This document shows, piece by piece, positions 1 to 9,362 of a DNA stretch of 64,000 nt. The translations under genes and the position numbers were made by a program. Origin of the DNA: Planctomycetota bacterium. GTDB taxonomy: Bacteria; Planctomycetota; PLA2; JAEUHO01. Under the pieces are notes generated by a model. The model did not search any database. It saw only the letters and a list, made by a program, of their open reading frames with translations, and had not been told where the DNA came from. How positions within the stretch are numbered: the first letter of the stretch is position 1; each line of letters begins with the position of its first letter. The DNA lies in assembly GCA_965223505.1 (NCBI GenBank), contig CBDCWP010000030.1, forward strand, positions 96,001 through 160,000. The letters run 5' to 3'.

Positions 1-639
1 AACCTCGCGGACGAACTTCAATGGGACTACGCGGTGACATGGTGCCGGTCGCCGGATGACATCGCCGTCGATGCAGCCGTTCAGTTCGACCTCGTCGTGC
101 TGGACATGTCGAGGAACTCCGACGCCGGACTTCGATTCGTGAAGCAGGTGCGACTCGAGGGCGACATTCCGATCCTCGCCATGTGTCCCGCGATCGAGAG
201 CGCGCTCAAGTCGGCGGTGTTACGTGCCGGCGCGGACGGCATCCTTGCCCCGACCGTCGGAAGCGAGGAGCTTCTGGCACGAATCGAAGCTCATCTTCGC
301 CGGCCGGTCTTTCGAAGGTCCGGACCGCTCAGCAACGGGGGAATCGTGCTCGACCTCGACGCCCGCCGTTGCGAAGTGCAAGGTGAGGAGACGGCGCTGA
401 CGCGCATCGAATTCGATCTGCTCGCGGCAATGATCTCTCGTCGAGGCGCCACCCTCACCAGGGCGTGGTTGGCCAAGAACGTGTTACACGATCGTTCGAG
501 GTCGGCGGAGCGCAATCTCGACACGCACGTCAGTCATCTTCGCCGCAAGCTGGGGACGGAAGGCGGCGAGATCGAGACGGTGCGTGGAACCGGCTTTCGA
601 CTCCGAGCCGCGCCTGAGCGCGCATCGCCGGACCGCTGA
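1..639 (+). CDS. OmpR/PhoB-family response regulator (5' truncated by window edge)
   Basis: Frame open from base 1. Receiver with phospho-acceptor motif DLVVLD, followed by a winged-helix tail LTRIEFDLL...RNLDTHVSHLRRKL...IETVRGTGF. Confidence 0.85.
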   Translation, partial: NLADELQWDYAVTWCRSPDDIAVDAAVQFDLVVLDMSRNSDAGLRFVKQVRLEGDIPILAMCPAIESALKSAVLRAGADGILAPTVGSEELLARIEAHLRRPVFRRSGPLSNGGIVLDLDARRCEVQGEETALTRIEFDLLAAMISRRGATLTRAWLAKNVLHDRSRSAERNLDTHVSHLRRKLGTEGGEIETVRGTGFRLRAAPERASPDR

Positions 640-647
640 TCCAGAGC

Positions 648-3167
648 CTAGGGCTCTCGAAGGACGATCAAGTCGTCGACGGCGATGTCGTCCGTGACGA
701 CCTGCTTCGAGCCCGACGGCCAGACTACCTCGATGCGATCCACGGACTCCGCGTCGCCCAATCCGAAGTAGAGCGGCTTCGAGCTCTGCGACAGATACCC
801 GGACTGCCCGTCGTAGACCTGGGTGAGGGTACGTCCGGCGAACGTCACTCTAACTACTGCGCCGAGCCCGTCGCGGTTCGACTTGGTGCCCCGAAGGGCA
901 ACCTTGAGAAAGTGGATCTCGCGGCGATCCGACAGGTCGCTCACCAGCACGAGGGGCTCGCTGTTGCAGTCGTTGGTCACGACGTCTAGGTCCCCGTCGT
1001 CGTCGAGGTCGAAGATGACGGACGACCGGCTCCCGAGGGGAGCCCACGCGACCAGCTCCCCTTCTTTGTCCTTGCACAGAAAATGGTCACCGTCCGTCGA
1101 ACAATCGAGGTCGAACCACGGCTTGAGCAACCGGCCGCGACGGGGCTCGACGCCGAGGACGAACTCGCTGTCCAGGAATCGCTTTCCGCCGTCATTGAGC
1201 AGGACCGAATTGACGCCGTAGCGGAACATGTAGTTCATGCTGGCGGCCACAAAGACGTCCTCGTACCCGTCGGCGTTGAGGTCGCCCACGCTGATCCCCC
1301 AGGGCCAGTAGGTCTCGGCGCCGATCGCGTCCGAGACCTCTTTGTAGCGCCCCCCGCCCTTGTTCTCGAAGAACGTATTGCCCCAAACGCTCTTGCCCTC
1401 GCTGCGCAGGATCGACTCGGGCCAGACCATGTCGGACTTCAACTTCTCCTGCGCCTGCTCGGGGTCGACGCCCTGGCTCATGTCCGAGTGCATGTCCGTG
1501 ATGAAGAAGTCCAGATCTCCGTCGGTGTCGAAATCGAAGACCTTCATACACATCGCTCCCCACGACGTCTTGGGAAACACTGCCCGGCTCCTCTTCACGA
1601 AGCGTTTGCCGGCCACGTTTTCGTAGTACTCGTCGTGTCCCTGCATGCTCAGGACGTACAGGTCGACCCAGCCGTCGTCGTTCACGTCGATCGGGCTGGC
1701 CGCTCCGGTCCAGGTCTTGTCGTTCAGCCCGACGCGGTCGTTGACGAGTTCGAAGCGGTTCTCACCCAGGTTCCGATAGAGCAAGCTGACCTCGGAGCGT
1801 GCCGGTTTCAGGTGCCCACTGAACCCGTCCAACACGCCTTCGTAGTAGTAGAACGGTCCTGGAGGGAGCCCCGCCGTCGTCGAGTCGTCGATGACGCGCC
1901 GCAGCGTGTTCGTCGTGTAGACGCCCACGTTGCAGACGAAGATGTCCAGTCGACCATCTCGATCGAAGTCGAACAGGACGGCGGAGGACGAATGACCCTC
2001 GTATACGAGCCCGGCCGCCTCGGTCACGTCCTTGAACGCTCCCTCCCCGTCGTTCACGAACAAGAAGTTGCCGCCTCGCACAGTTGTGACGAACAGGTCC
2101 GGATCTCCGTCGTTGTCGAGGTCGCCGAACGATGCCGTCACCCCCACCGGATCAGTCACGGCGACGCCCGCTTCCTCGGTGATGTCCTCGAACGTGCCGT
2201 CCCCTCGATTTCGCCAGAGCTGATTGCTACCGACCTGATTCGAGAAGTAGATGTCGAGCAGGCCGTCTCCGTCGACGTCCGCGACCGCGACGCCGTTGCC
2301 GTGGTCGTAGTGAACGGCCTTGTAGCGCTTGCCGCAGTCGTCGACGACGCGATTGACGAAGCGGATGCCGCTCGACAGCCTTCGATCTCGAAAGCGAAAA
2401 TCGTGGACCACCTTCCACGAGCGGGCCGCCGCGATCTGCTTCGCGGCCCGCGCCTCGAGCCAGCTCGTATCGAAGACGTCGGGGGGAACGCCGACGGCCT
2501 TCGGAGCAGGCTCGGCCAAGACCGTCTCGGTGGCCGCGACGAGCTCCTCGACGCCGGCATCCGTCTGGCTGTCGAAGTAGCCCCGGACCAGACCCCGACG
2601 GTCGACCAGAACAAAGCGGGCGCTGTGCGCAATTGGCATACGCGTGTTGGTCGGATCCGGCTCGACCGGCAGCTTGAATGCGTGCGAGCTCAGTGCCGAG
2701 GTCTCGCCGTCATCTCCAGTCAGAAATGACCAGTGTGCGAGGTCCGCGCCGTACGTTTCAGCGTACTTCTTCAGCGCTGTGGGCGTGTCGTTGCGTGGAT
2801 CGATGCTCAGGCTGAGGAAATGGAGTTCGTCTCGGGGCCGGCGATCGGCCCAACGCGCCTGCAGTTGCGACAGTCGACCGGTCTGCACGGGGCACGTCGC
2901 AACGCATCGCGTGAAGAAGAAGTTCGCAATCCACACGCGTCCTGCGAGGACATCGCTCGCGAAGGCACGGCCGTCCTGGTCGATCAGCGTGAACGACGGC
3001 GCGCGTCCGAACACCCGCGGTCGCGAGCTTGCGGCCGGCTCGGTCCTCGAGTCGGAGTCCGAGCCCGGGCCCGGCGCAGGCGGGTCCTGCTCACCGCATC
3101 CGACAAACGCCAGGAGCGCCACCGTGAATGCGACCACGCGCGCGAGGCGGCGATTCCTGCGCGGCAC
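648..3167 (-). CDS. Lipoprotein: SCO/SenC copper-chaperone domain fused to CRTAC1-like FG-GAP/VCBS repeats and a C-terminal ASPIC/UnbV domain
   Basis: Lipobox FVGC. SCO motifs FFFTRCVATCP and IAHSARFVLVD. Repeated DxDxDGxxD motifs. C-terminal SNRDGLGAVV...GYLSQSS..LYFGLG..VVWPSG. Confidence 0.85.
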   Translation of the reverse strand: MPRRNRRLARVVAFTVALLAFVGCGEQDPPAPGPGSDSDSRTEPAASSRPRVFGRAPSFTLIDQDGRAFASDVLAGRVWIANFFFTRCVATCPVQTGRLSQLQARWADRRPRDELHFLSLSIDPRNDTPTALKKYAETYGADLAHWSFLTGDDGETSALSSHAFKLPVEPDPTNTRMPIAHSARFVLVDRRGLVRGYFDSQTDAGVEELVAATETVLAEPAPKAVGVPPDVFDTSWLEARAAKQIAAARSWKVVHDFRFRDRRLSSGIRFVNRVVDDCGKRYKAVHYDHGNGVAVADVDGDGLLDIYFSNQVGSNQLWRNRGDGTFEDITEEAGVAVTDPVGVTASFGDLDNDGDPDLFVTTVRGGNFLFVNDGEGAFKDVTEAAGLVYEGHSSSAVLFDFDRDGRLDIFVCNVGVYTTNTLRRVIDDSTTAGLPPGPFYYYEGVLDGFSGHLKPARSEVSLLYRNLGENRFELVNDRVGLNDKTWTGAASPIDVNDDGWVDLYVLSMQGHDEYYENVAGKRFVKRSRAVFPKTSWGAMCMKVFDFDTDGDLDFFITDMHSDMSQGVDPEQAQEKLKSDMVWPESILRSEGKSVWGNTFFENKGGGRYKEVSDAIGAETYWPWGISVGDLNADGYEDVFVAASMNYMFRYGVNSVLLNDGGKRFLDSEFVLGVEPRRGRLLKPWFDLDCSTDGDHFLCKDKEGELVAWAPLGSRSSVIFDLDDDGDLDVVTNDCNSEPLVLVSDLSDRREIHFLKVALRGTKSNRDGLGAVVRVTFAGRTLTQVYDGQSGYLSQSSKPLYFGLGDAESVDRIEVVWPSGSKQVVTDDIAVDDLIVLREP

Positions 3168-3185
3168 CGAGCCCCCCCTTCACCC

Positions 3186-3743
3186 TTAGTGGGGCCCTAC
3201 TCGCTCCATCGATGCCCAGAACGACCGCGGGGCATCGACGACGAGCCGGCCGAGCAACAGCGGGTGCGTCCACCCACACATCTGATCGCCACGCAACTCG
3301 AGTGTCCTCGGATCGCCGGTCTCGAACTCCAACGAGAACTCGAGGTCCGGCACGGCGGCCTCCTTCAATCCGAGCCGAGGCAACGCGAGGTTGTAGATGT
3401 AGTCGCGGCTTCGAAGGTGCAGCCGCGCTCGCGTGTGTGCGGGGACGTGCACGTCGCGGCGCGAGAAGACGTCGTCGCTCGTTCCGATCCGTCCGTCGAC
3501 ACCTGGGTAGCGCACATGCCACTCGAACGCCTTGCCTGTCACCTCGATCTCGAGCAACTCGGGTCGCACGACGTCCGTAGCTGGTGCTCGGTCGGACGCA
3601 CCTGCCGTCGTGAGCAGTGGCGAGAGCAGGCAGAGAGCTAGCGTGAACGATCGAAGCACGTCAAACGCCCCATGACGTCGTCTCGAACCGATGCTATCAA
3701 CGCGTTGTGCGCGGTTCTGTGCCAACACTCGTTTCGGGACCAT
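3186..3743 (-). CDS. Secreted cytochrome c oxidase subunit II-like cupredoxin domain with degenerate CuA site (start may be GTG 3659)
   Basis: EVTGKAFEWHVRYPG, HVPA..ARLHLRSRD and QMCGWTH match the COX2 periplasmic domain pattern. Hydrophobic signal-like N-terminus. Confidence 0.7.
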   Translation of the reverse strand: MVPKRVLAQNRAQRVDSIGSRRRHGAFDVLRSFTLALCLLSPLLTTAGASDRAPATDVVRPELLEIEVTGKAFEWHVRYPGVDGRIGTSDDVFSRRDVHVPAHTRARLHLRSRDYIYNLALPRLGLKEAAVPDLEFSLEFETGDPRTLELRGDQMCGWTHPLLLGRLVVDAPRSFWASMERVGPH

Positions 3744-3990
3744 CGCACCGGCACCGACGTTTCCGACGCGCTGCGTGGCAACAAAGATGCCGCATCACAG
3801 TGCGGAACAAGACGCGCGTCGTGCGTTTGATGTGCGAACGATTGCTCCAGGTCGAGATCTTGGGGGAACCCAGGTCGAGTCCGCGAGCGGGCCCGCCCCC
3901 TTTGAAGGAGAAAGAAAGTGCGAGCGCGTCGATGTCCGGCCGACAGGCCTGACACCGCTCCAGAGGACGGCGGCCTACTTCCCTAGCGGC

Positions 3991-5772
3991 CTACTTCTTC
4001 TTGTCCTCGAGCTCCTTCTTGATCTCTTCAATGATCTCAGGCACGGCCGGATCGTTGCCGCCGAGGCTGATGTACTGCTCGAACCACTTGAGCGCAGTCT
4101 CCAGGTCCTCGAGCTCGTTCATGTAGATGTCGCCGATGTCCAGCATCAAGTCGACGTCCTTCTCGTTCAGACCTGAGGCCTTCTCGAGCGCCTCGACGGC
4201 GTCCTCCCACTTCTTCTGGTGAATGAACGAGAAGCCGAGACCACGCCACGCGAAGTACGACTTGTCGTCCATCTCCGTCGCGCTCACGTACCACTTGACC
4301 GCTTCCTTGTACTTCTCCTGGAAGTAGTAGTTGTCGCCGATCCAGACCACGATGTTCGGGTCATTGGGCCGCAGTTCATGCGCCCGCTTCAGGAGCTTGA
4401 GCGCCTTGTTGAAGGTGCCGAGCGCCTCGTAGTCGAAGGCGCAGTTGATCATGGCGCGAAGGTTGTCCTTCTGCCCCTTCATCTTGAGCATCTTCTCGTA
4501 CACGTCGATGGCCTCGCTGAACTTCGCTTGCGCGTCGTACGTCGCGCCGAGGTTGGCCATCGCAGTGAGATAGTCCTTTCGGATGTTGGACGCCTTCTTG
4601 AACTGAACCTGCGCCTCCGAGATCCGCCCCTGCTTGAACAAGCAGTAGCCGACCGAGTTGATGCCTTCCGCGGAGTCCGGCTTGAGCGCGACGTGCTCGC
4701 GGTACTGCTCCTCGGCCTCTTCCCACTTCTCCTGTCGCTCGAGAAGCCAGCCCAGACCGAAATACGCGCGGTGGTTCTCCTCGTCCGCCTCGATCACCTT
4801 GTCGTAGTAGGTCTTCGCCTCGGTGTAGGCCTGCTCCGTGTTCTGCTTCGCCACGAGGTCGGCCAACGCAAGCGTGATGTCCGGGTGCTCTTGGGTGATG
4901 CGATAGGCCTTCTTCATCGAGTCGATGGCCTCGTCGAGCTTGCCGTCGCGCGACAAGGCCTCGCTGCGGACCAAGAACGCCGCCAGGAACGAGGGACGCA
5001 TCGTGAGCACGGTGTCCGCCCGCAACGTCGCCTTCGCGTAGTCGCCTTCGACCAGGTCGAAGCGCGCGAGCATCAGATGCCCCTCGAAGAACTCGTTCTT
5101 GGCCTGGACCGCGGACTGAACGCGCTGGCGCGCCTCCTTGGTCTTCCCGAGCGCGTACTCGGTCTCCGCCAGCAGCAGCGTGATGTCGCGCCGCTCCGCC
5201 GGCGCAAGGCCCGCCGCGACCTGCAGCGGCTTGAGCGCCTCCTTGAGGTTGCCGAGCGCCATGTGGGCGCGCCCGACCTCGAGGTGCGCGTCGTAGTTCT
5301 TCTTGTCGGCCTTGACCATGCCCTCGAGAACGAGAAGGCGTTCGGCCGGGGGCTTCATGCGCGCGATGTGAAGTTTCAAGCAGACGAGCTTCGGCCAGTC
5401 ACTGAGGAACGACTGGAGATCCTCTGTCAACGTCTGGGGGTCGTCACCGACCTTCAGTGCCGCTTCCTGGTAGCGAACATGCGCACGGTAGTGATTGAGG
5501 TCCGCCGCGATGGCTTTCCAGTAGGCGTTCGCGGCCGCTTCCCAGCGACCTTCCTCGCGCGCCGCCTCGCCTTCGTCGTAGGCCTCCTGCGCCTGAATCG
5601 GCTTGCCCTTGTACTGTTCCCCCGCTTCCTCGGGCTTGGTCTCGTCGGCCCACGCGGCCGGTGCCATCAGAACGGCCCCGACAAGAAGCGCGGGGAGGAG
5701 GAACGACCCCAAGAGGGTCGAGACGTCACCGGCGAACGCCTTCGACATGCGGCGCGGCATGGCAGTCTCCAC
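3991..5772 (-). CDS. Secreted tetratricopeptide-repeat protein
   Basis: Signal peptide ending AWA. Many 34-aa TPR-like units, e.g. AYFGLGWLL...WEEAEEQY and AMANLGATY...FSEAIDVY. Confidence 0.85.
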   Translation of the reverse strand: METAMPRRMSKAFAGDVSTLLGSFLLPALLVGAVLMAPAAWADETKPEEAGEQYKGKPIQAQEAYDEGEAAREEGRWEAAANAYWKAIAADLNHYRAHVRYQEAALKVGDDPQTLTEDLQSFLSDWPKLVCLKLHIARMKPPAERLLVLEGMVKADKKNYDAHLEVGRAHMALGNLKEALKPLQVAAGLAPAERRDITLLLAETEYALGKTKEARQRVQSAVQAKNEFFEGHLMLARFDLVEGDYAKATLRADTVLTMRPSFLAAFLVRSEALSRDGKLDEAIDSMKKAYRITQEHPDITLALADLVAKQNTEQAYTEAKTYYDKVIEADEENHRAYFGLGWLLERQEKWEEAEEQYREHVALKPDSAEGINSVGYCLFKQGRISEAQVQFKKASNIRKDYLTAMANLGATYDAQAKFSEAIDVYEKMLKMKGQKDNLRAMINCAFDYEALGTFNKALKLLKRAHELRPNDPNIVVWIGDNYYFQEKYKEAVKWYVSATEMDDKSYFAWRGLGFSFIHQKKWEDAVEALEKASGLNEKDVDLMLDIGDIYMNELEDLETALKWFEQYISLGGNDPAVPEIIEEIKKELEDKKK

Positions 5773-5829
5773 GAGTGTTACGTCGGCGCCGACCGTGGCT
5801 GTGCGGTGATCTCCGGCGAACCGTTCCGT

Positions 5830-6225
5830 TTAGCGAACGGTACCGGTCTTGCCTTCGTCGTCCGCGGCTTCGAGGCGGCGGTCGGCAAGCCACCCTTCTT
5901 GCTCCTTCGTGCGATCCGCTTCCATCAGGTTCTTGCGGCGCTCGTCGATCTGCTCCTTGCGCTCTTCTTGCTCCTGGAGCAGCTCCCATTCCTTCGCAGT
6001 CTTCCCGCTTCCGCCACGACCGCCGCGGTTGCCTCGTCCCTGACCGGTGCGGCCCATGCCGCCGCGTCCACCGCGTCCGCTGCGACCGCCGCCGCTGCGT
6101 CCTCCGCCGCTGCGTCCGCCGCCGCTGCGGCCTCCGCCGCCGCGACCTCCGCGCGCAAAGGCATCGGCACCGAGGAACCCAACGAAGGCTGCAACCAGCA
6201 GACACCAACTCAGAATGCGCTTCAT
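5830..6225 (-). CDS. Small secreted protein with RGG/GGGRS low-complexity tract and charged helical tail
   Basis: Clear signal peptide MKRILSWCLLVAAFVGFLGADAFA, then GGGRS repeats. Co-oriented with neighbours. Confidence 0.7.
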   Translation of the reverse strand: MKRILSWCLLVAAFVGFLGADAFARGGRGGGGRSGGGRSGGGRSGGGRSGRGGRGGMGRTGQGRGNRGGRGGSGKTAKEWELLQEQEERKEQIDERRKNLMEADRTKEQEGWLADRRLEAADDEGKTGTVR

Positions 6226-6375
6226 GGCAGTTTGCTCCGGTCAGGTCGACAGATCGACCCGCCTATCTTACGGACTGCGCCCCTGCGGGGCGCGCCTCCG
6301 TACATGAAATTCCCACTCATCTGGTTACCCAGGAACCACGGGGGGATCGACTTTGGGCCCGAATCGGCTCCTGCA

Positions 6376-7563
6376 TCAGCCTTCCAGCAGCTCGGGATTC
6401 TTGTCGAGCGCCTCGTTGAGCTTCTGAATCGCCTTGTCGCGGCCCTTCTGCGAGCCTTTCGGCTTGAAGCCGAAGTCCTTGCCCAACAGCGCCTTGACGA
6501 TGTCCCTTCCGTCCTCACGCACGCTCTCGTGAGGTGAGTACAGCAGATCCTGGACGGCGCGCACCGCCTTCTTCGGACCGGTCATCAGCGCTTCTTTGGC
6601 GGCCACGCGAAGTTCGGGCTTCTCGTCCACATCGCCGACGAGCTTCACCAGACCACGCGTCGCCTTCGCCTTTCCGTTCTTGTGATCGTCGAGCAGCTGC
6701 TGCGTCTCTTCGTCGAAACCGCTTTCGGTGCCCGCCTCTTCGACACGCAGCTCCAGGCCCTGCTCCTTCATCCAGTCCTTCGACAAGACGCCGGTCACGA
6801 CGACGTTGTCGAAGCGCGCCTGACCCTTGATGGCGTAGAAGCCGAAGTACATCTTCTTGAGCTTCTTGCCGCGATCCTTGTCGGCCATCTCCGCGCCCGG
6901 TGTATTGAAGAAGAGCTTCTTCTTCCGCAAGCCGAAGGAGACCTCGAACGACTTGCCGAGTTGGAGCTTCTCCTTGGGCGTTCGGCGCTGGCCGTATCGG
7001 AACCCGATGAAGTCCTTCGTGGCGCCGGACTCGCGCCACTGATCACCGAACTTGATGATGCTGTCCGTGCCGCCTTTGCTGTTGTCCCACGCGTGGAAGA
7101 ACGTCTCCGTCAGCGTGAATGTGGCCCAGTCATTGCCGCCACCCGCTGGTTCGAGCCACCCACCGATGTCCTTCTCGGCGAACGGCGTCACACTCACGGT
7201 GACCGTGATCTCCTTGTCCCACTCGGCGATGTGCCGCGCGCCGGCGTTTCCGACGACCTCGAGCTTGCCGTCGAACCACTTGATGCACTGGTCTTTGCGG
7301 GCCTTGATGGGCCAGGGCACGGACTCCTGGAAGTCGGCCAGCTGCGACTTCTTGCGGAAGTCGTACTTGATCGTGACTTCCTTCGTCTTCTCGTCGATGG
7401 ACACCTGCCCCTTGAAGAACTTGTCGAGTGGCCGGCCGCCCTCGGCGTGCGCCTGCGGCAGCGGGCCCAACCCCGCGGCCGGAAGGACCAGCAAGCCCAG
7501 AACGAACACGACCCATACCGCAGTCGGGATTCGCCCGGTTCGGGCGCGGCTCTTGCGATACAC
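6376..7563 (-). CDS. Hypothetical secreted protein (beta-rich N-domain, helical HEAT-like C-terminus)
   Basis: GTG at 7563 preceded by GGAG. Signal peptide ending QAHA. Lys-rich sequence with strong G/C third positions. Confidence 0.7.
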   Translation of the reverse strand: MYRKSRARTGRIPTAVWVVFVLGLLVLPAAGLGPLPQAHAEGGRPLDKFFKGQVSIDEKTKEVTIKYDFRKKSQLADFQESVPWPIKARKDQCIKWFDGKLEVVGNAGARHIAEWDKEITVTVSVTPFAEKDIGGWLEPAGGGNDWATFTLTETFFHAWDNSKGGTDSIIKFGDQWRESGATKDFIGFRYGQRRTPKEKLQLGKSFEVSFGLRKKKLFFNTPGAEMADKDRGKKLKKMYFGFYAIKGQARFDNVVVTGVLSKDWMKEQGLELRVEEAGTESGFDEETQQLLDDHKNGKAKATRGLVKLVGDVDEKPELRVAAKEALMTGPKKAVRAVQDLLYSPHESVREDGRDIVKALLGKDFGFKPKGSQKGRDKAIQKLNEALDKNPELLEG

Positions 7564-7637
7564 CAAGGACTCCCTTCCGTGAGAGCGGCCCAACGCTCCC
7601 GCAAACAACGGGGAACACCCCGTTAGATTGACGCACG

Positions 7638-8792
7638 ATGAGCCGTGGAGGTTCGGTGATGGTACCCGGCAGGCCAAAAGGCCCGAAACCCTGGTTCCCA
7701 CTGCCGGGGCGGCCCCCGCGCTTCCTGATCGTGCGCCTATCGGCGCTGGGGGACGTTCTCCACGCGCTGCCGGTGCTCAGCGGCCTGCGGGCGCGATTCC
7801 CGAAGGCGCGCATCGACTGGGTCGTGGAGGACCGCGCGGCCGATCTCTTGCGCCACCGAGCGGACGTCGACCGCGTCGTCGTCTATCCGCGCCGGTCGAT
7901 TTCCGGGGCGCTCAAGGGGGTCCCCAACCCGATCCGATTCGGGATCGAGACCACGCGGTTCCTGAAGACGCTGCGGGCCGGTGAGTACGACGTCGCCATC
8001 GATCTGCAGGGCAACCTCAAGTCGGGCGTCATCACCCGGCTTTCCGGATCGCAGCTTCGATACGGCTTCGGCCGCGGCGCGTCGCGCGAGGCCAATCACC
8101 TGTTCACGACGCGTCGCTGGTCCCCGCCGCCTTCCCTTCGGCATCGCGTCGAGCGCAACCTGGGGCTCGTGTCGGCGCTCTTGGGCGAGTCGCTTCCCTA
8201 CGTCTTGCCTGGATTTCCGGTGCCGCCGGAGGAAACCCGCTCTGCGCGTGAGCTCGTCGCGTCACTCGGTGTGAACGGCGACGGCTACGTCGTGCTGCAC
8301 CCGGGTACGAGCGGCTTCGGCTCGTTCAAGCGCTGGCCGCCGGAGCGCTTCGGCGCGCTCGCACGCCGGCTTGCGGAGTCGGGCCTCGACGTGGTCGTCA
8401 CGCACAGTCCCGCTGAAGATGACCTCGCGGCGCAGGTGGTGGACGCCTCGGACCGGGCGGCCAAGTCGCTTCGAACGCCGAGCCTCGCCGTGCTCGCGGA
8501 GGTAACGCGCGACGCACGTGCGTTCGTCGGCGCGGACACCGGGCCGCTTCATCTGGCGGGACTGGTCGGGACGCCGCTGTTGGGACTGTTCGGACCCAAG
8601 GATCCCGCCGTCTACGGGCCCTACGGCGTACGCGCCGACGGATCGACGGGCGTGCTGTCGACGCTCACGCGGAACGACGTGGCGTGCCGGCCGTGCACCT
8701 TGCGGCGCTGCGCGGATCCGCTGTGCATGCGAACGATGGCGCCGGACGACGTGGAAGAGGCGCTACGAGCGGTGCTCTCCGCAGAAACCTAG
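7638..8792 (+). CDS. Glycosyltransferase family 9 (LPS heptosyltransferase-like)
   Basis: LIVRLSALGDVLH, YDVAIDLQG, HPGTS..KRWP and DTGPLHLA..G.P...LFGP motifs. Confidence 0.9.
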   Translation: MSRGGSVMVPGRPKGPKPWFPLPGRPPRFLIVRLSALGDVLHALPVLSGLRARFPKARIDWVVEDRAADLLRHRADVDRVVVYPRRSISGALKGVPNPIRFGIETTRFLKTLRAGEYDVAIDLQGNLKSGVITRLSGSQLRYGFGRGASREANHLFTTRRWSPPPSLRHRVERNLGLVSALLGESLPYVLPGFPVPPEETRSARELVASLGVNGDGYVVLHPGTSGFGSFKRWPPERFGALARRLAESGLDVVVTHSPAEDDLAAQVVDASDRAAKSLRTPSLAVLAEVTRDARAFVGADTGPLHLAGLVGTPLLGLFGPKDPAVYGPYGVRADGSTGVLSTLTRNDVACRPCTLRRCADPLCMRTMAPDDVEEALRAVLSAET

Positions 8793-8800
8793 CTGGTCCC

Positions 8801-9229
8801 TCACACCGGAAGCGAGCCCGGCTGAAGTTCCAGCTCGACGCCCTTCGGCCCGAGCTTGATCACGTGGGTCTCGGCGTCGCAGTTCTTCAGAATGATCCGG
8901 TCGACCTTGTTGCCGTCCACGATCGTCCCGTTGGACGAGAGGTTCGTGAGCTCGACCATGTCGGGCGCCAGGTAGGAGATGCGGACGTGCTGACGGCTGA
9001 CGGATCGAAACGCGAGGCTCTTGCGGATGCCGTCGCGTCGTTGCGGTGATCCGCCGAGGTACGCGGGCGCGCGCTTGAGCGACCAATCGCAGTGCCGGCT
9101 GCGGCCGCAGACGATCGTCTCTCCCATGCTGAGCTTGAGGTTCTCGCCGGCGCCGAGCTCCCCGATGCCCTTGAGCGACAGGAACCGCCGGCTGTCGTAA
9201 CCGTTCTCTTGGGGTTTGACTTCGATCAT
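8801..9229 (-). CDS. FHA domain protein
   Basis: FHA signature CGR...SVSRQH...SSNGT. ATG at 9229, directly downstream of the kinase. Confidence 0.8.
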   Translation of the reverse strand: MIEVKPQENGYDSRRFLSLKGIGELGAGENLKLSMGETIVCGRSRHCDWSLKRAPAYLGGSPQRRDGIRKSLAFRSVSRQHVRISYLAPDMVELTNLSSNGTIVDGNKVDRIILKNCDAETHVIKLGPKGVELELQPGSLPV

Positions 9230-9362
9230 CACTGACTCCGTCCGACGACGCGCAACCCCGTGCGCCGCGGCTCTTCGCGTACCCACAGTCTGCCAGATTG
9301 TTGGGCGCCTGCGGCCCGATCCGGACGAACTGAACGAACCAAGTGTTGGACGCCCCTGAACC

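Noticed and set aside
3700..3795. Sigma54-like TGGCA motifs upstream of the COX2-like gene
   Set aside because: The minus-strand copy has wrong GG-to-GC spacing. The correctly spaced copy points away, toward no credible gene.
4219..6537. 772-aa plus-strand ORF
   Set aside because: Antisense shadow of the TPR and RGG genes, typical of high-GC DNA, with no motifs.
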